Shown in pieces: positions 12,325 through 24,700 of a stretch of 64,000 nucleotides of DNA; within the stretch, counting starts at the first letter, position 1; every line of letters begins with the position of its first letter. A model generated the notes under the pieces. The model had not been told where the DNA came from, ran no database searches, and saw only the letters and a program-made list of their open reading frames with translations. This stretch comes from Leucoraja ocellata (lineage: Eukaryota). The stretch lies in the NCBI GenBank assembly GCA_036785375.1, contig JAWMAR010000131.1, positions 558,001 to 622,000 of the forward strand, read 5' to 3'. Made by a program: the position numbers and the translations under genes.

Positions 12325-14138
12325 TGATAGAACAGATCTATTTAAATCTTTATAAACACTTGCGCGCTGCTCTCTGTGTTTTCCATAAACAGCATTTTGG
12401 AGTACTGTAAAATATAATTCAGCAGGATTAGATCCTTTCAGTTTCAAAATCTAATAACCTTGGCAAAGCATAGACTTTAAAAATACACATTTTTTTGCGA
12501 CCGGTAGCCTTTTATTAGCCTGCAAGAGAGGTGAAATGAATGGGTTTAAAGAATATCACCGTTTTTCACATTCCTTCAACATAAAAGTCACTTTGTTTTC
12601 ACAAAGTTACAGTATTTTTCTATAAAGCTATTTTCTTTCCTGTGTGGTTTTTAGCTTCCAGCACAAACCATATATACTTTATATAAGTACACCACTTTGA
12701 TTTAAAAAAAACACTCAGAAAACTTAAATGAGCAAACCAAATATGAAAGGTAAATATTATTTTTGAGAGGAAGTCAAACTTTATAAGGGGATCAGTGGGA
12801 TTATTAGGTTAGTTGGAGCAGGGATGCTATTTTTTCATGACCTCTTTTTTCAAATCAGTCGTATGGTATCACAATTAACATTTTACAAGTTCACGAGTTT
12901 TGTCCATTTCGACTTACTTGGACTATGAAAAATGGTGTGAGGTCTGCTGGCTGAGAAGATTTACTGAGCCAGGCTGTTCAAGGGAACTGAATTAACATGA
13001 ACGGAGATGCAGCCGTTAACCTGGGAGTTCTTTAGCCATCATGTCATTTTAACTACATGTGTTAATTTAATGCTGCCAGGCTCTGCATTCATATAAACCA
13101 GCCCTCCTAACAACAGTTCTGATCATTTCAATATTTTCAATTCAGCATGACGAAATGTTAAAAATAAATAATTTGAAATATTTTAATTTTGGATTCATCA
13201 AAGGGACATTTTTGGTAATTTTTTTCCCCCCTCTTTCTGCAACCACCCACTTCTCCATCTCTCCCACCCGTGTCTTTCAATGCGGCTTTGAGCAACACAC
13301 GGACTACAATCACCAATGTACTCGAAAATCTTTTAGAGATACTTGGAAAGATTTTTATCTCACTGCTCCATGTATCAGAGCCCGGTGCTTATTATTATCA
13401 CTTCTGCCTTGACTTTTTTTTCTTAACTAGTAATAAATTGTGAGCAGGATTTGATTGCATGGGGTGGGTGGAGGATTGTCCACATTGTGCAAATCATCCC
13501 CATGCCAGTACTGCAGTTTAATTCACACCACAATTTATTCCTCTCAGCAGCCACATTGTCTCTGGGCTCGTGTGACCAATGCAGAACTGAGAGCATCGCA
13601 AGCTCTCTGCAGCCAGTAAGGCATGACATTTGTAATTTGAGGAGAAACAAAGACTCGATTTTAATATGATTTTAAAAAATCCTTATTAACATGGATCAGA
13701 AAATTAGGATAGACCGGTTGAAATAACATTTTACTGTTGCTGAGAATATTCCTCAAAATTAAGATGCAGCGTAATGACTAATAAATTCATAAGTGAATTC
13801 AGGAGAAGTATCTTAATCTGACGAGTGAATGGAATGTGAAATATGCTGCTGTGAGGTATAATTGAGGCAAAATATCAAAATGCATTTTAGCAGAAGCTTG
13901 TTAAGCGTATCAGAGAGAAAGAAATAGAAAGGTCTGCTGAAATGATGTGGGAGGTGTGCTTATTTGGGCAAATGTAGGCCATTTGGCTGGTCTGCTCTGT
14001 AGGGTTTATGTAACTCAGTGTGATTAATTTGTATTTCATCATATCTTATTATATCTTATGATGAACAATCATGCTTGGCAATCTGAATGGAAGGGAGAAT
14101 GTTGCACCAGACCAGAAGACCTGGTGCAGTCCTCAGGA

Positions 14139-14285
14139 TAGACACAAAATGCCAGAGTAACTCAGCGGGACAGGCAGCATCTCTGATACTGAGAGTAGGA
14201 ATGGGTGACGTTTCAGATCGAGACCCATCTTCGCTCCATAGATGCTGCCTCACCCGCTGAGTATCTCCAGCACTTTTGTCTACCA
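14139..14285. mobile_element. PLE terminal-repeat inverted pair
   Basis: tagacacaaaatgccagagtaactcagc…gtgacgtttcagatcgagaccc…gatgctgcctcacccgctgagt…ttttgtctac. Confidence 0.8.
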
Positions 14286-14362
14286 TCAGATCTCAGTTGT
14301 GCAATGGGATATTTTAAATGCAAAGTTTATTATCTCTACCCACATGGTATTTGTTCAGTACT

Positions 14363-14540
14363 GAAAGGGCCCATTTTTGTGTTTTACAGCCGTATGATGC
14401 TATGACATTGCGTTATTACATTTTGAGAATGTTCTTCACGAGCTCATACTAGATGAGTAGATCTTCACATTTTTACTCAAATTTGCCTGGTGAATTTCAT
14501 GCATTACAACAGCATCAAAAGTCATCGTATAGTTTATAGT
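14363..14540 (+). repeat. Copy 1 of a ~180-bp direct duplication
   Basis: Highly similar to 15298-15483. Confidence 0.9.
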
Positions 14541-14719
14541 ACGCTAAATGTTAACTAAGATTTTGAGCTCAAACTTGAAGTGGCCTGAAACCAAAGACCT
14601 CCTGACCAGGCATACCAGTGCTACCAATTGCGCTAAAGTGACCTTCCAGAAAGATGAGGACTAAAGATAAATCAAAACTAGTTAAAGAGTGTGAAGTATC
14701 ATATTGTTTTGTTAAAGAG

Positions 14720-15297
14720 AGTAGATAATTCAGGAGAATTACTTAAGGTAAGATGCAGGTGCAGATGCAAAGAGAGACCTTATGATGCAGGTTCGTAGTA
14801 CGCTGGAAATGGTGAAATAGGTGGATAGGGTAATGCTTGCCGTCATAATCTGAGGCATTGAACGTAAGAGTTGAGATGTGATGTTACAACTGCACTGGAA
14901 GTATTATGCATAGTTCTGGTCGCCAAGCTACAAGAGGAATGCAGTAGACAAAAGTGCTGGAGAAACTCAGCGGGTGAGGCAGCATCTATGGAGCGAAGGA
15001 AATAGGCAATGTTTCGGGCCGAAACCCTTCTTCAGTTGCATCTTTCTAAAGTGCAGAAGACATTCACCAGGATGTTACTTGGAATGGGGAGGCTTTAGTT
15101 GCAGGTGAGTTTAGATAGGCTGGAATTATTCCCACAGGAACATTGGAAGCTTATCTTATTGAGATTTATAAGATTGTGAGGGGATAGATAGGGTAGATGC
15201 TCGGAATATTTTCCCCAAATAAGCGTGGCTAAGACTAGAGGGCATAGGTTTAAGGTGAGAAACCTAAAGGAGATTTGACAGGATCGTTTTTCACACA
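14720..15297 (+). mobile_element. Degraded CR1 ORF2 fragment interrupted by a PLE remnant (14944-15036, -)
   Basis: CR1 motifs (…gcatagttctggtcgcc…, …actagagggcataggtttaaggtgaga…, ttttcacacaga) with a nested gtagacaaaagtgctggagaaactcagc…gtttcgggccgaaacccttcttcag. Confidence 0.8.
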
Positions 15298-15483
15298 GAA
15301 AGGACCCATTTTTGTGTTTTACAGCTGTATGATGCTATGACATTGTTATTACATTTGAGAATATTCTTCGGGAGCTCATACTAGATGAGCAGATCTTCAA
15401 ACTTTTACTCAAATTTCCCTCCTTACCTTGAGGTGAATTTCATCCATAATAACAGCATCAAAAGTCATCGTATACTTTATAGT
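15298..15483 (+). repeat. Copy 2 of a ~180-bp direct duplication
   Basis: Highly similar to 14363-14540. Confidence 0.9.
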
Positions 15484-15714
15484 GCATTTCGCACTTCTCT
15501 AATTTAATGAAAGACTTTTATTAATTGCAAGCCTTTCTTTTATCCTTCACCTGCTGCTTGTTTGGCAGTTGTAGTCAGACCTTATGTAAGTAAGAGTACA
15601 ACATTTCTGCTGTTGGAGACACAGCCAAGCAACAGCTTCTTCTTGGAGGCTGGAGATGCTGGGATCTTGAGCAAAAGACAAACGGCAAGAGGAACTGAGC
15701 AGGTCAGGCAGCAT

Positions 15715-16368
15715 AGAAACATAGAAACATAGAAAGTAGGTGCGAGAGCAGACCACCAGGTCCATCGAGCCCGCACCGCCATTCGCTCATGGCTGAACAC
15801 TAAACAGACACACTTACCCACAAACAGTAGACACAAGACACAGAACACAAGACACTACCCTCCCCTTTATACCACTATCACCCCTCTCCACCCCAAGAAC
15901 CTCGTGATCTCCTGGGGGAGGCAAAAAACCGGATAAAAACCCAGGTCCAATTCGGGAAAAAAAATCCGGGAAATTCCTCTCCGACCCCAATCTAGGCGAT
16001 CGACACTTGTCCAGGAGATCACTCAGGTCTTACTATACTAACCATACCTAGGTCCATATCCCTGCCCTCTCCCCGTAGCCCCTTATCCCCTTGGCAGCTA
16101 AAAAAACATCTATTTTAGTCTTAAATATATTTAAAGTTTCTGCTTCCACTGCTTCCTGGGGCAGTGAATTCCATAAATTAACCACCCTCTGGGTGAAGAA
16201 GTTCTTCCTCATCTCAGTTTTAAAAGAGCCCCCCCTTATTCTGCAACTATGTCCCCTAGTTCTAGTTTCCCCGATCATTGGGAACATCCTCGGTGCATCC
16301 ACCCGATCAAGGCCCCTCACGATCTTATATGTTTCAATGAGATCGCCTCTCATTCTTCTAAACTCCAA
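15715..16368 (-). mobile_element. Young 5'-truncated CR1 LINE (uninterrupted ORF2 C-terminus, 3'UTR, (TTTCTATG)3 tail)
   Basis: ORF 16048-16368 'EFRRMRGDLIETYKIVRGLDRVD…GETRTRGHS…FFTQRVVNLWNSLPQEAVEAETLNIFKTKIDVFL'; catagaaa x3; AGCAT on both sides; inserted into a PLE remnant. Confidence 0.93.
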
Positions 16369-19269
16369 AGCATCAGGGAGGAAATGGGCAGGCGACGACC
16401 TTTTGGGTCAGAACTTTCTTTTACACTGTTTCGTGGATTCTGGGATCAATATCCCACTTGTGGTAAGTAGATGTTATGAGGGGAAGACCAGAAACAACAT
16501 ATTTTCTAATCTCCTACACAGTCTAGATAACAAGAGGCTTAAGAAGGAGATGTGGGATCAGCTTAGAAAGATCTGTGGGGTTTGAGGCCGTAACACTTGC
16601 TTTAGATTTTATAATTGACCCCAATGCACTGGTGAAGACTGGCTACTCCGATTACTATTGTTGCTCGATACCGGCTACCATGACCACTAATAGTGATGGT
16701 AGGAGGCCAGGCTCTCAAAAAGGTACACGGAGAAGCCCACCATAGGAGAGTGATAGAAAATCACTTTTTTTTAGTATGTTAACACTATGTAATTATTGCT
16801 TTTTTTCCCCCAAAGATATATGTGAGTTTCCAAGAATTTCAAAAGTAATAATAGTCATGTCAGTACTAACCTTTTACAAATTTCACTCCACACTTCAATG
16901 AAGATTAAGACCCTATGATGAGGTTAGGACAAATCAGTTGATACAGAACTGAAATAGGCTTTTGAGATTAATGTTGTTGAAATGCCTGATTTTGGAAATT
17001 TTGAAACAATACTTTAATAAGATAGTTACCGATGAGGGGGCATTGATCAAAACATTATTATTTCACTCTATTTTTTGTTTTGATGTTTTATGGAGCATTA
17101 TCATTGCTTCATCTTAAGCTGTCTAGATTTCAAGGTAAACCAAAAATGGTTGTGTAAAATGCAACACAGCATCAGTGAGGTAATTTTAAGCCTTGCTATC
17201 TGGGCAGTAATGTTTGGGTAACTCCGCGATTTCTAGTGAAAGTATCTTTCTTCGGTGTAGACCAGCATCTACATAGAAATGTTTGGGAGCAGATTGTCCA
17301 TCCTTTATTAATCTTGTCTCATTTTAAACGATGGGTAAGATTTAAGCAACTTCTATAAAAGCTAACACATACTGGCGTACAACTCACTCATACAGCAAAA
17401 CAGAAGTGCATGTCCAATATTGTGCATGGGGCCAGACTAAAGTTATAAGAAGAGGGTATAATCACTGACGTATTGAAATCCTATCCCATATGAGTCTAAC
17501 CTTTGCCTATCACAGCTTTAAAATCTTTGACAACTGGTTTGAAGTGGCTCTTTTGACAATATTCATCATCGCTCTATAGGTTCCCTTTAAGATGAATCCT
17601 GCGTTTAGTTTAGATAAGCAAAAAATGTTGAAGCTCAGCCCATCTGGCTTTATTCTACTGCCAGTCCCTCTTACATACAGGTACTGGTTATTTTGTAACA
17701 GACGCAACAACTGAACAAACCCGAAATTAAGTGACATCACTTGGAGGCCGAGCAGCTGAGGGGGAGAACGGGGGGCAGTGACAAAAGTGAATCTGCACTC
17801 TGGATCCTGCCGGTTCCGTGAGAAAAGATGCCAGATTTCACGCTAGACGCAGCTTGAATGAGTAGTTCTCAGCTGCCTCTTAGTGACTGTCTATGGAGAA
17901 ACATGACAGGGATAAGAACCGTTTGGATAATGTAACAGAGTACAAAAATTATTCTTTGACAACTGGAAAAAGAGATAAACGATAGCGTCGGTGGAAGCAC
18001 TAATATGTGATTTATGAACTATAATTTAATTAGCATGGATATTTTAATTTGACTGTTATTGAGTCTTTTGCTTTAAGAGTTGCATTTGTCAATCAAGATC
18101 GGCATTACTGTTTTGAGCTTATGTTAATAGATAGGCTGTCTTTGCATGAAATGCTGTAATATTTAGAAATTATTATGAACGTAAGAAAGAAAGGAAAAAT
18201 ATAGAAATTCCTGATAAGGGTTGGTAAAATCAAGAGTCTCACGATATCTATTATTAGTCAATTGCCTGGCTGAAATACTTAGTGGAGGTATTATTTGAAC
18301 AGCGATCACATAATGATGCCTTCAACTTCCACGTGAATATGTTTCAGGGAAAAAGATGATCTTGTTTGCGACAAGTGCCAGCACTAAAAGTTATAGCAGA
18401 CGTTTGCCAATTATGACAACCACTGGAAATCTAGCAGCCATGTTTCTGAATTTATTCTATTTCCTCTACCCCGTTCTTGATTTAGTGCATAGTTTTCCTA
18501 TTAAAATGATTTGTTAGCGATGCAGGTTAGACAGCCGGTAGACTGGTTTATCAGGTTTCTCTCTCCAATATATCCCTCCAACAGCCAGAGCATTGCGCCT
18601 GTATTGTTGCACAAAAATTACCAGCGATTATTTGCTGCCATCCCGTGACACACAGTTTTTATTGTCCCTTCCACCGTTGACTGGATTACTCAGGGGCAAC
18701 AGAGCCAGAGGAAATTAATCTCTGCTTTGCTAGCAGAAACAAAAACAATGCATGTCATTGTGAGAAAATGTTGATCCACTGTATTTCAAAAATTAAGTTT
18801 TATTTTTTGAACTGTAAAAAGAGGGAGAAACGGCACATGCATCAGTTTGTTAGCATTATTCCATCGCAACATTACAATTATGGGCAAATAGACAATTATT
18901 GCATTGGTATGAAATAAAGTGCACATACGGGAATGCAGTGATCTACTTATTTGAGAAATAAGTGGTGAGGAATTCCATTTTTGTTTGTTGTTTCAAATCT
19001 ATTTGAACAATTTGGGCTTTGCAAATTGAGCAGATTATTTTCCCAAATGGAAGGTAACACAGACTGTGGCAAGGTATTCAATGTGAGCACATTCTAAGTG
19101 TTAGCAATAGATTTGCAATGTTTTATCACACAAGAGCTTTGTATATCATTGTACAATCAGCTGCCTTGAACAGGTACATTGTAAACACCTTGTATACTAC
19201 ATCATTATTCAATCACCTCCAGGTACATTGTAGTCACTGTAAATTTTCTACAGGTCATTTAGTGACAAC

Positions 19270-19500
19270 AATGTGCACCGTGATACCGAGTGTAAAAATC
19301 TAGATATCCAGTCTCGGCTGAGTTAGCAGATATCACCCGGTTGGTAGAAAACAGAGGTACTGCAAATAGCTTTCAAATCCCTCAGGTGCCAGATGGAACG
19401 AAGCAGCCTGCGATCCAGAATCTGAATGCTGTGCACTCTGTGCTGGAAGACGCAATCTATCTGGTGTTCAGATAATAGCTGAATTGTTCAGTTATAACAT
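19270..19500 (+). mobile_element. Ancient SINE remnant (LF-SINE-like)
   Basis: ctgagttagcagatatcacccgg…gaggtactgcaaatagc…tgctggaag resembles the LF-SINE-type core as I recall it; highly diverged. Confidence 0.35.
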
Positions 19501-19579
19501 CCCATTCCATTTCAGTCGTCGCCAACATATTGATAGGATTCTGAAGGCATCTTGTATAACTTATGTATAATTTTAATCT

Positions 19580-20140
19580 TCCGTGCATTGTCTGAGTTTA
19601 CAACACGTTCAGTTTTGGTCATCCTGCTATGGGAAGAATGAGAGAAGATGTACGAGGATGTTGCCAGGATCTTCTGCGCTCCAAGACATACAGGCCTAGA
19701 AATACAGGCCTGAGCTTTTGGGAGAGGCTAAGCAGGCTTGGACTATATTTCTTGGAACGCAAGAGGCCTGAGAGGTGATCTTAGAGAGGTGTCTAAAACC
19801 ATGAGAGGAATAGACAGGGTAAATGCACACTTTTACCCAGAGAAGGGGAATCAAGAACCAGGTGACATAGGTTTAAGGTGAGAGGGAAAAGACTTAATAG
19901 GAACCTGAGTGGCAAATCTTTCACACAGAGGATGGTGGGTATAAAGAATGAGCTGCCGGACGAGGTAGTTGAGGTATGGACTATAACAACATTTAAAAGA
20001 CATTAGGACAGGTACATGGATAGGAAATGTTTGGAGCTCAATGGTTGGAGGGCAGGTGGAACTGGCGTAGATGGGGGCATCTTGGTCGGCATGGGCTAGT
20101 TGGGCTGAAGGGCCTTTTCCATGCTGTTTTACTCTATGCC
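19580..20140 (+). mobile_element. CR1/HER1-type LINE 3' fragment
   Basis: gttcagttttggtc…gaggtgatcttagagagg…ggaatcaagaaccaggtgacatagg…gaatgagctgccgg…gggctgaagggccttttccatgctg. Confidence 0.85.
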
Positions 20141-20956
20141 TGTGGTACTGCTGCAAGGAGGCTTTTCTTTGTACCTGCACCTCCCCGTATTTGCTCATAT
20201 GACAATAGACGCGATTTGACTCGACTCTCATCTTGAACCCGTTACACAAATGCAATGCCTGGTGTTTTGCAGGAAAAAATGGCAAGTTAAACTATTCATT
20301 TTTAACTGTGAACATTTCAGTCATCTTGTGATGCCATGTGTTGCTTGACAGAGATCGAGAGAGTTATATTTAGCTTCGGGCTAACGGAATCAAGGGACGT
20401 GGGGAAAAAGCAGGAACGGGGTACTGATTTTCGATGATCAGCCATGATCATATTGAATGGCGGTGCTAGGTAGAAGGGCCGAATGGCCTACTCCTGTACC
20501 TATTCCTTGTTTCGACAGAGAACTGGCCATGATGGGAAGCGGACCGAAGTTGGGAAAGTAAACCATTAGTTCATCAGAGCTGGAAGAGTGAGAGAAAACA
20601 TATAGTTAAGTTGAAAACGGGGAAATGGAGTAGAGAACTGAGTGCAGGCAAGGCAAAAAAAAAGGGCTGAATGGCCTGCTCCTGCACCTAGTTTCTAGGT
20701 TTATATGATTAGTAATTACCCAGAACCCCTAAAGATCGTCTAAGAAAGAAATGGTGCCAGGGTGCTGGGTCCTGCTACAAAATGAAAAGTAAACATTATG
20801 GATTTTAATGTAATTATGAAGCAATCTTCCAATACTATTAGAAATTGTTTTTCAGGTATCAAAACTCTGTCCTTGAGAAGGAAAAACACTTTAAGTAGAG
20901 TCTCACTGTATTAAGATTGCCAGAAAGTTACATAACAAAACAAAAGTTTGTTGGAG

Positions 20957-21630
20957 ATAGACACAAAAAGCTAGAGTAACTCAGCAGGACAGGCAGCATC
21001 TCTGGAGAGAAGGAATGGGTGACGTTTCGGGTCGAGACCCTTCAGCTTGTTGTTGTGGTTTTAGTCTAGAAGAAGCAACAAAACTCAAAGGGTTGAAGGA
21101 TATTTGTGGCTCGAGGTGTTACTGCATCTGGTGAAGTCCAGCCAACCTTGCTTGGTTTGGCTTAAGAACATCCTAGGCCGAGATAGTGCGGAGAAGATAT
21201 TTACAGTAGTGAAGGAGTGTACGACCAGAGGGCATAGCCTCAGAATAAAAGGCCATGCCTGTAGAATGTAGATGAGGAGGAATTTCTTTAGTCAGAGGGT
21301 GGTGGATCTATGGAATTCCTTGCCACAGATGACAGTGGAGGCCATTGGATATTTTTAAAGCAGAGATTGGTAGGCTCTTGATTAGTAAGGGCGTCAAAGG
21401 TTATGGGGAGAAGGCAGGACAATGGCGAAAAGAGCCCTGAACCCTGTCAGTGTATTTGAAGTCAGTTTTAGAGTCATAGTCATACATTGTGGAAACAGGC
21501 CCTTAGGCCCAACTTGCCCACACCAACCATCATGTCCCATGTACACTAGTCCAGCCTGCCTGTGTATGGCCCATATCCCTCTAAATCTGTCCTATCCATG
21601 TACCTGTCAAATTGTTTCTTAAACGTTGCC
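20957..21630. mobile_element. Cluster: PLE remnant (20957-21045, -), CR1 fragment (21180-21430, +), CR1 3' end (21470-21630, -)
   Basis: Recognisable family motifs as in the other copies. Confidence 0.75.
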
Positions 21631-21843
21631 TCAGCTCATGTCACTTAAAAATTCCTCGTGAACCTCAGACCCAGGTCAAGGTAACACTCCCGAGAGGTAG
21701 GAAAATCACTTGATGTTCTGCTGTTCCCAGAATCTGCAGAGGATGAATTTGTGTTTTTTTTGTTTAATTACTTATGTCTAGAGAGTTAGGGATAAAGCAA
21801 GTTGAAATGTAGTACTAACGTGCTTCTTTTTCTTCTCCTCCAG

Positions 21844-21861
21844 GGCAGAGATAAAGAATGA
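21844..21861 (+). CDS. Candidate start of the last exon of an unidentified + strand gene (e.g. …GRDKE* in phase 0; frame unknown)
   Basis: Perfect branch site TACTAAC (21813-21819), polypyrimidine tract cttctttttcttctcctc and CAG. No downstream donor is obvious and the flank is non-repetitive. Confidence 0.45.
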   Translation, partial: GRDKE

Positions 21862-24449
21862 TCACAATCTGCAGTCCAGCATCCTTGTCCAGGCCCTCCC
21901 CTGCATTTACTTCAGCTGCGACGTTGAACTCCAGTTGCTCTGACCACAAAGAGCACTCAACTCCTGCAATTACTCTTCATTCTCACTAACAATTTGGTAA
22001 TGAAGTATTGATTTTCCAGCTCGATTCCTATGGATGTTATTAGATTTTCATTGATAAACTGTGCTCGGGCTCTCGACTCCCTGCTGCTGCTCTGCGGCAC
22101 ATATAACAAAGTGTTCTTTAGGGGATAATGGCTGGGAACATTGATGTGTTTATTTCGTCAATTGGTTACTCCTGATGGCAAAAAAAAGGTACGATTTTTC
22201 AAACTTTAAGCCCAAGTTTAATGTAAAGATACAATCACATTGGACACTAATGTCTTTCCTGCTGATGCTGACATTGAATTATGGCTGAATTGCCAGTGTG
22301 CCCCACAGCCCTCTCTTTATGAGGGAAGCAGTTTTGTAGCCAGTACAGTTGTCAATGTTGCACCTGGGCTTCCCACCGCAGTCTTAACAGCACAAGGGAT
22401 CAATCTGTCTAACTAAGAAGAAAAAGACTGATGAAGCTGTGAACAAGATACAGCCAGAGAAAAAAAAGTGTGTACGCTGTTCATCATCAACGGCAACAGT
22501 GCACAGGATCAGCTTCGTAGTGGCTAGGAACAACACAAGACATTTTTGCGACCAGGAAGATCAGTCTGCTGCTGTCCTTGTTTAAAAAATAGCCTTCACT
22601 GACATCCTGCATCACACCAAGTATGAACCTACAGCTGAAGGAGAGAGAGAAAAATGATCACAAGGGAGCGGACAACTGCAGTTCAATCCTGATAACTTCT
22701 TGTTTCTACAGTGTGAGTTTCAATGGTAGAGATTGGAGGCAATGGGAAATGCATCTCCATTTATCCCTGATAAAATCGCAAGAGACAAAGAATCAAATGA
22801 ATGATGTTGCAGCTAGGAGTTCAATACATACCACTGGCGCACACATCAGGTATTCAGTTTATTAAGCACTGCTGGACAAACATATCAGCTTTATTAATGT
22901 CATTTGTATTTTTAGAGAGTTCACCAACTTTTTTTTTATGAAGGCCAATCAATCATTATAGAAGTCATTGTTAACCCATTGTGGTAATACAACTCCCCAA
23001 GTTACAATTCAATTGGTATAGAGGATGTGCATCCAGTTTATAGTGAAACAATGGACAATGGTCTGACTTCATAAACGCAGGTCCCCTCATTTTGTGAGTT
23101 CTGTCGAGAAAAAGGAGACACTTTCTCTTGCTTCAATGCATGCAGGCATATATTCAATTTGCACCACATTTTACTATTAACGATAACTTTAAATTTAGCT
23201 TTTTTCCAGTTTTATCTGGTGTTGCTACATACATGGTATGATCTCAAGTTGAAGGAATATACAGGCTGTACAAATAATGTCAAAAAATCTTTATATACCT
23301 CCGTGCATTTTTCATTTATTTTCACTGATGATCTAAGGATTAATTTAAGCCACAGGCCAAGAGGGGCTGATCAAGAGATAGTTTTCCTATCCTAGTGGCT
23401 TTTAAAAATGCATTTGCTAGTCTTTATCTAAATTCTGTCTGCAAAACAAAATTGTTTTGCGGCTAAAATGTCCTATTGGATGTGACTTCAAGCACCAGTT
23501 GGCCAAAATGCTCACACATCTTGCAATTACAAATCCAGAGTTTGCATAGCCCGCAGAGAAACTATTTTAAATCCATTCTCTCACAACGCTTAGTCTTTCA
23601 GTAAATAAGCAACAAATATATTGTAAGTTTCTCATTGCTAAAGTTTCCCTTACCCATCAAACGTTTTATCTGAAAATATGTACGAGCCAATCAATACTAT
23701 CATGTTCTCACTGTGGTCCAGGCCCAAAATCCTGCTCTTGATATTGTCAGCCTCAAAGCTGTGAGTAGATTGGTGACCTCTCATAGAAACTATCAAATAA
23801 TGACAATGGTGTGGTTTCTGCAATAGAGGGTAATCCACAGAGCCTCAGCTGAAAACTGAAAATTCTATTCCTGCAACTTCCTGGGATTGTAAAGGCCATA
23901 TATGTTAATTTAAGGCTTGTCCATGTATTTTAAACCTTGTGTAATCCCAGGGCATTTTATGCCTGGTATCAATACAGTGCTCCCCCCTTTGCATGTTATT
24001 TTTCTTCACGTGCAGTTTTCAATATCAATGTAATCACATCATTTAATTTTATTTTGCAAGAATTGCTGCTCTCTGAATGTAGCCTCAAAGATTTCACCTA
24101 GAGGAGAGCTCTTTAGTCAAGATGAGGTTTTTCAGTCTAGATTTTCAGGCAGAAGAAACCCTTGAATATTTAAGAGTGCAGAAAGAAAATCTCCTTCTCA
24201 CATTCATTTGGTCCGTGTTTCCTGCTGAAGTTTATAACCTACACCACTACATCTATTCAAACCCCATTCATACGAGGATCTAGGTCCCATATAATGACCA
24301 CTTTTTTGCACTGGTGGTCTCTGCTAATTAATCAGGAGCAACACTGCAACATATTAAGATGTCATGATATGTTTCAATATATTACATTGCATACTTCATC
24401 ACTAGCTAATTTCACCACATTGTTGTACGATCATATTACCAGTCTTAAC

Positions 24450-24700
24450 GTTCTTTTAGGAAGGAGATGAGGTGAAATTTCTTTAGTCAGAGGATGGTGA
24501 ATCTGTGAATTTTTTGCCACAGAAGGCTGTGGAGGCCAAGTCAGTGGATATTTTCAAAGCAGAGAAAGATACATTTTTGATTAGCAGTCAGGGGTTATGG
24601 GGTTAGGAGAGAAAGATAGATCAGCCATGATTGAATGGTGGAGTAGACTTGATGGTCCGAATGGCCTAATTCTACTATCACTTATGACCTTATGAACATG
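24450..24700 (+). mobile_element. CR1/HER1-type LINE 3' end
   Basis: ggagatgaggtgaaatttctttagtcagagg…tcagccatgattgaatgg…ttatgaccttatgaac. Confidence 0.85.

Noticed and set aside
17119-17134. Possible 16-nt micro-exon (cttaag|ctgtctagatttcaag|gtaaac)
   Set aside because: Weak AAG acceptor, frame-shifting length, no independent support.
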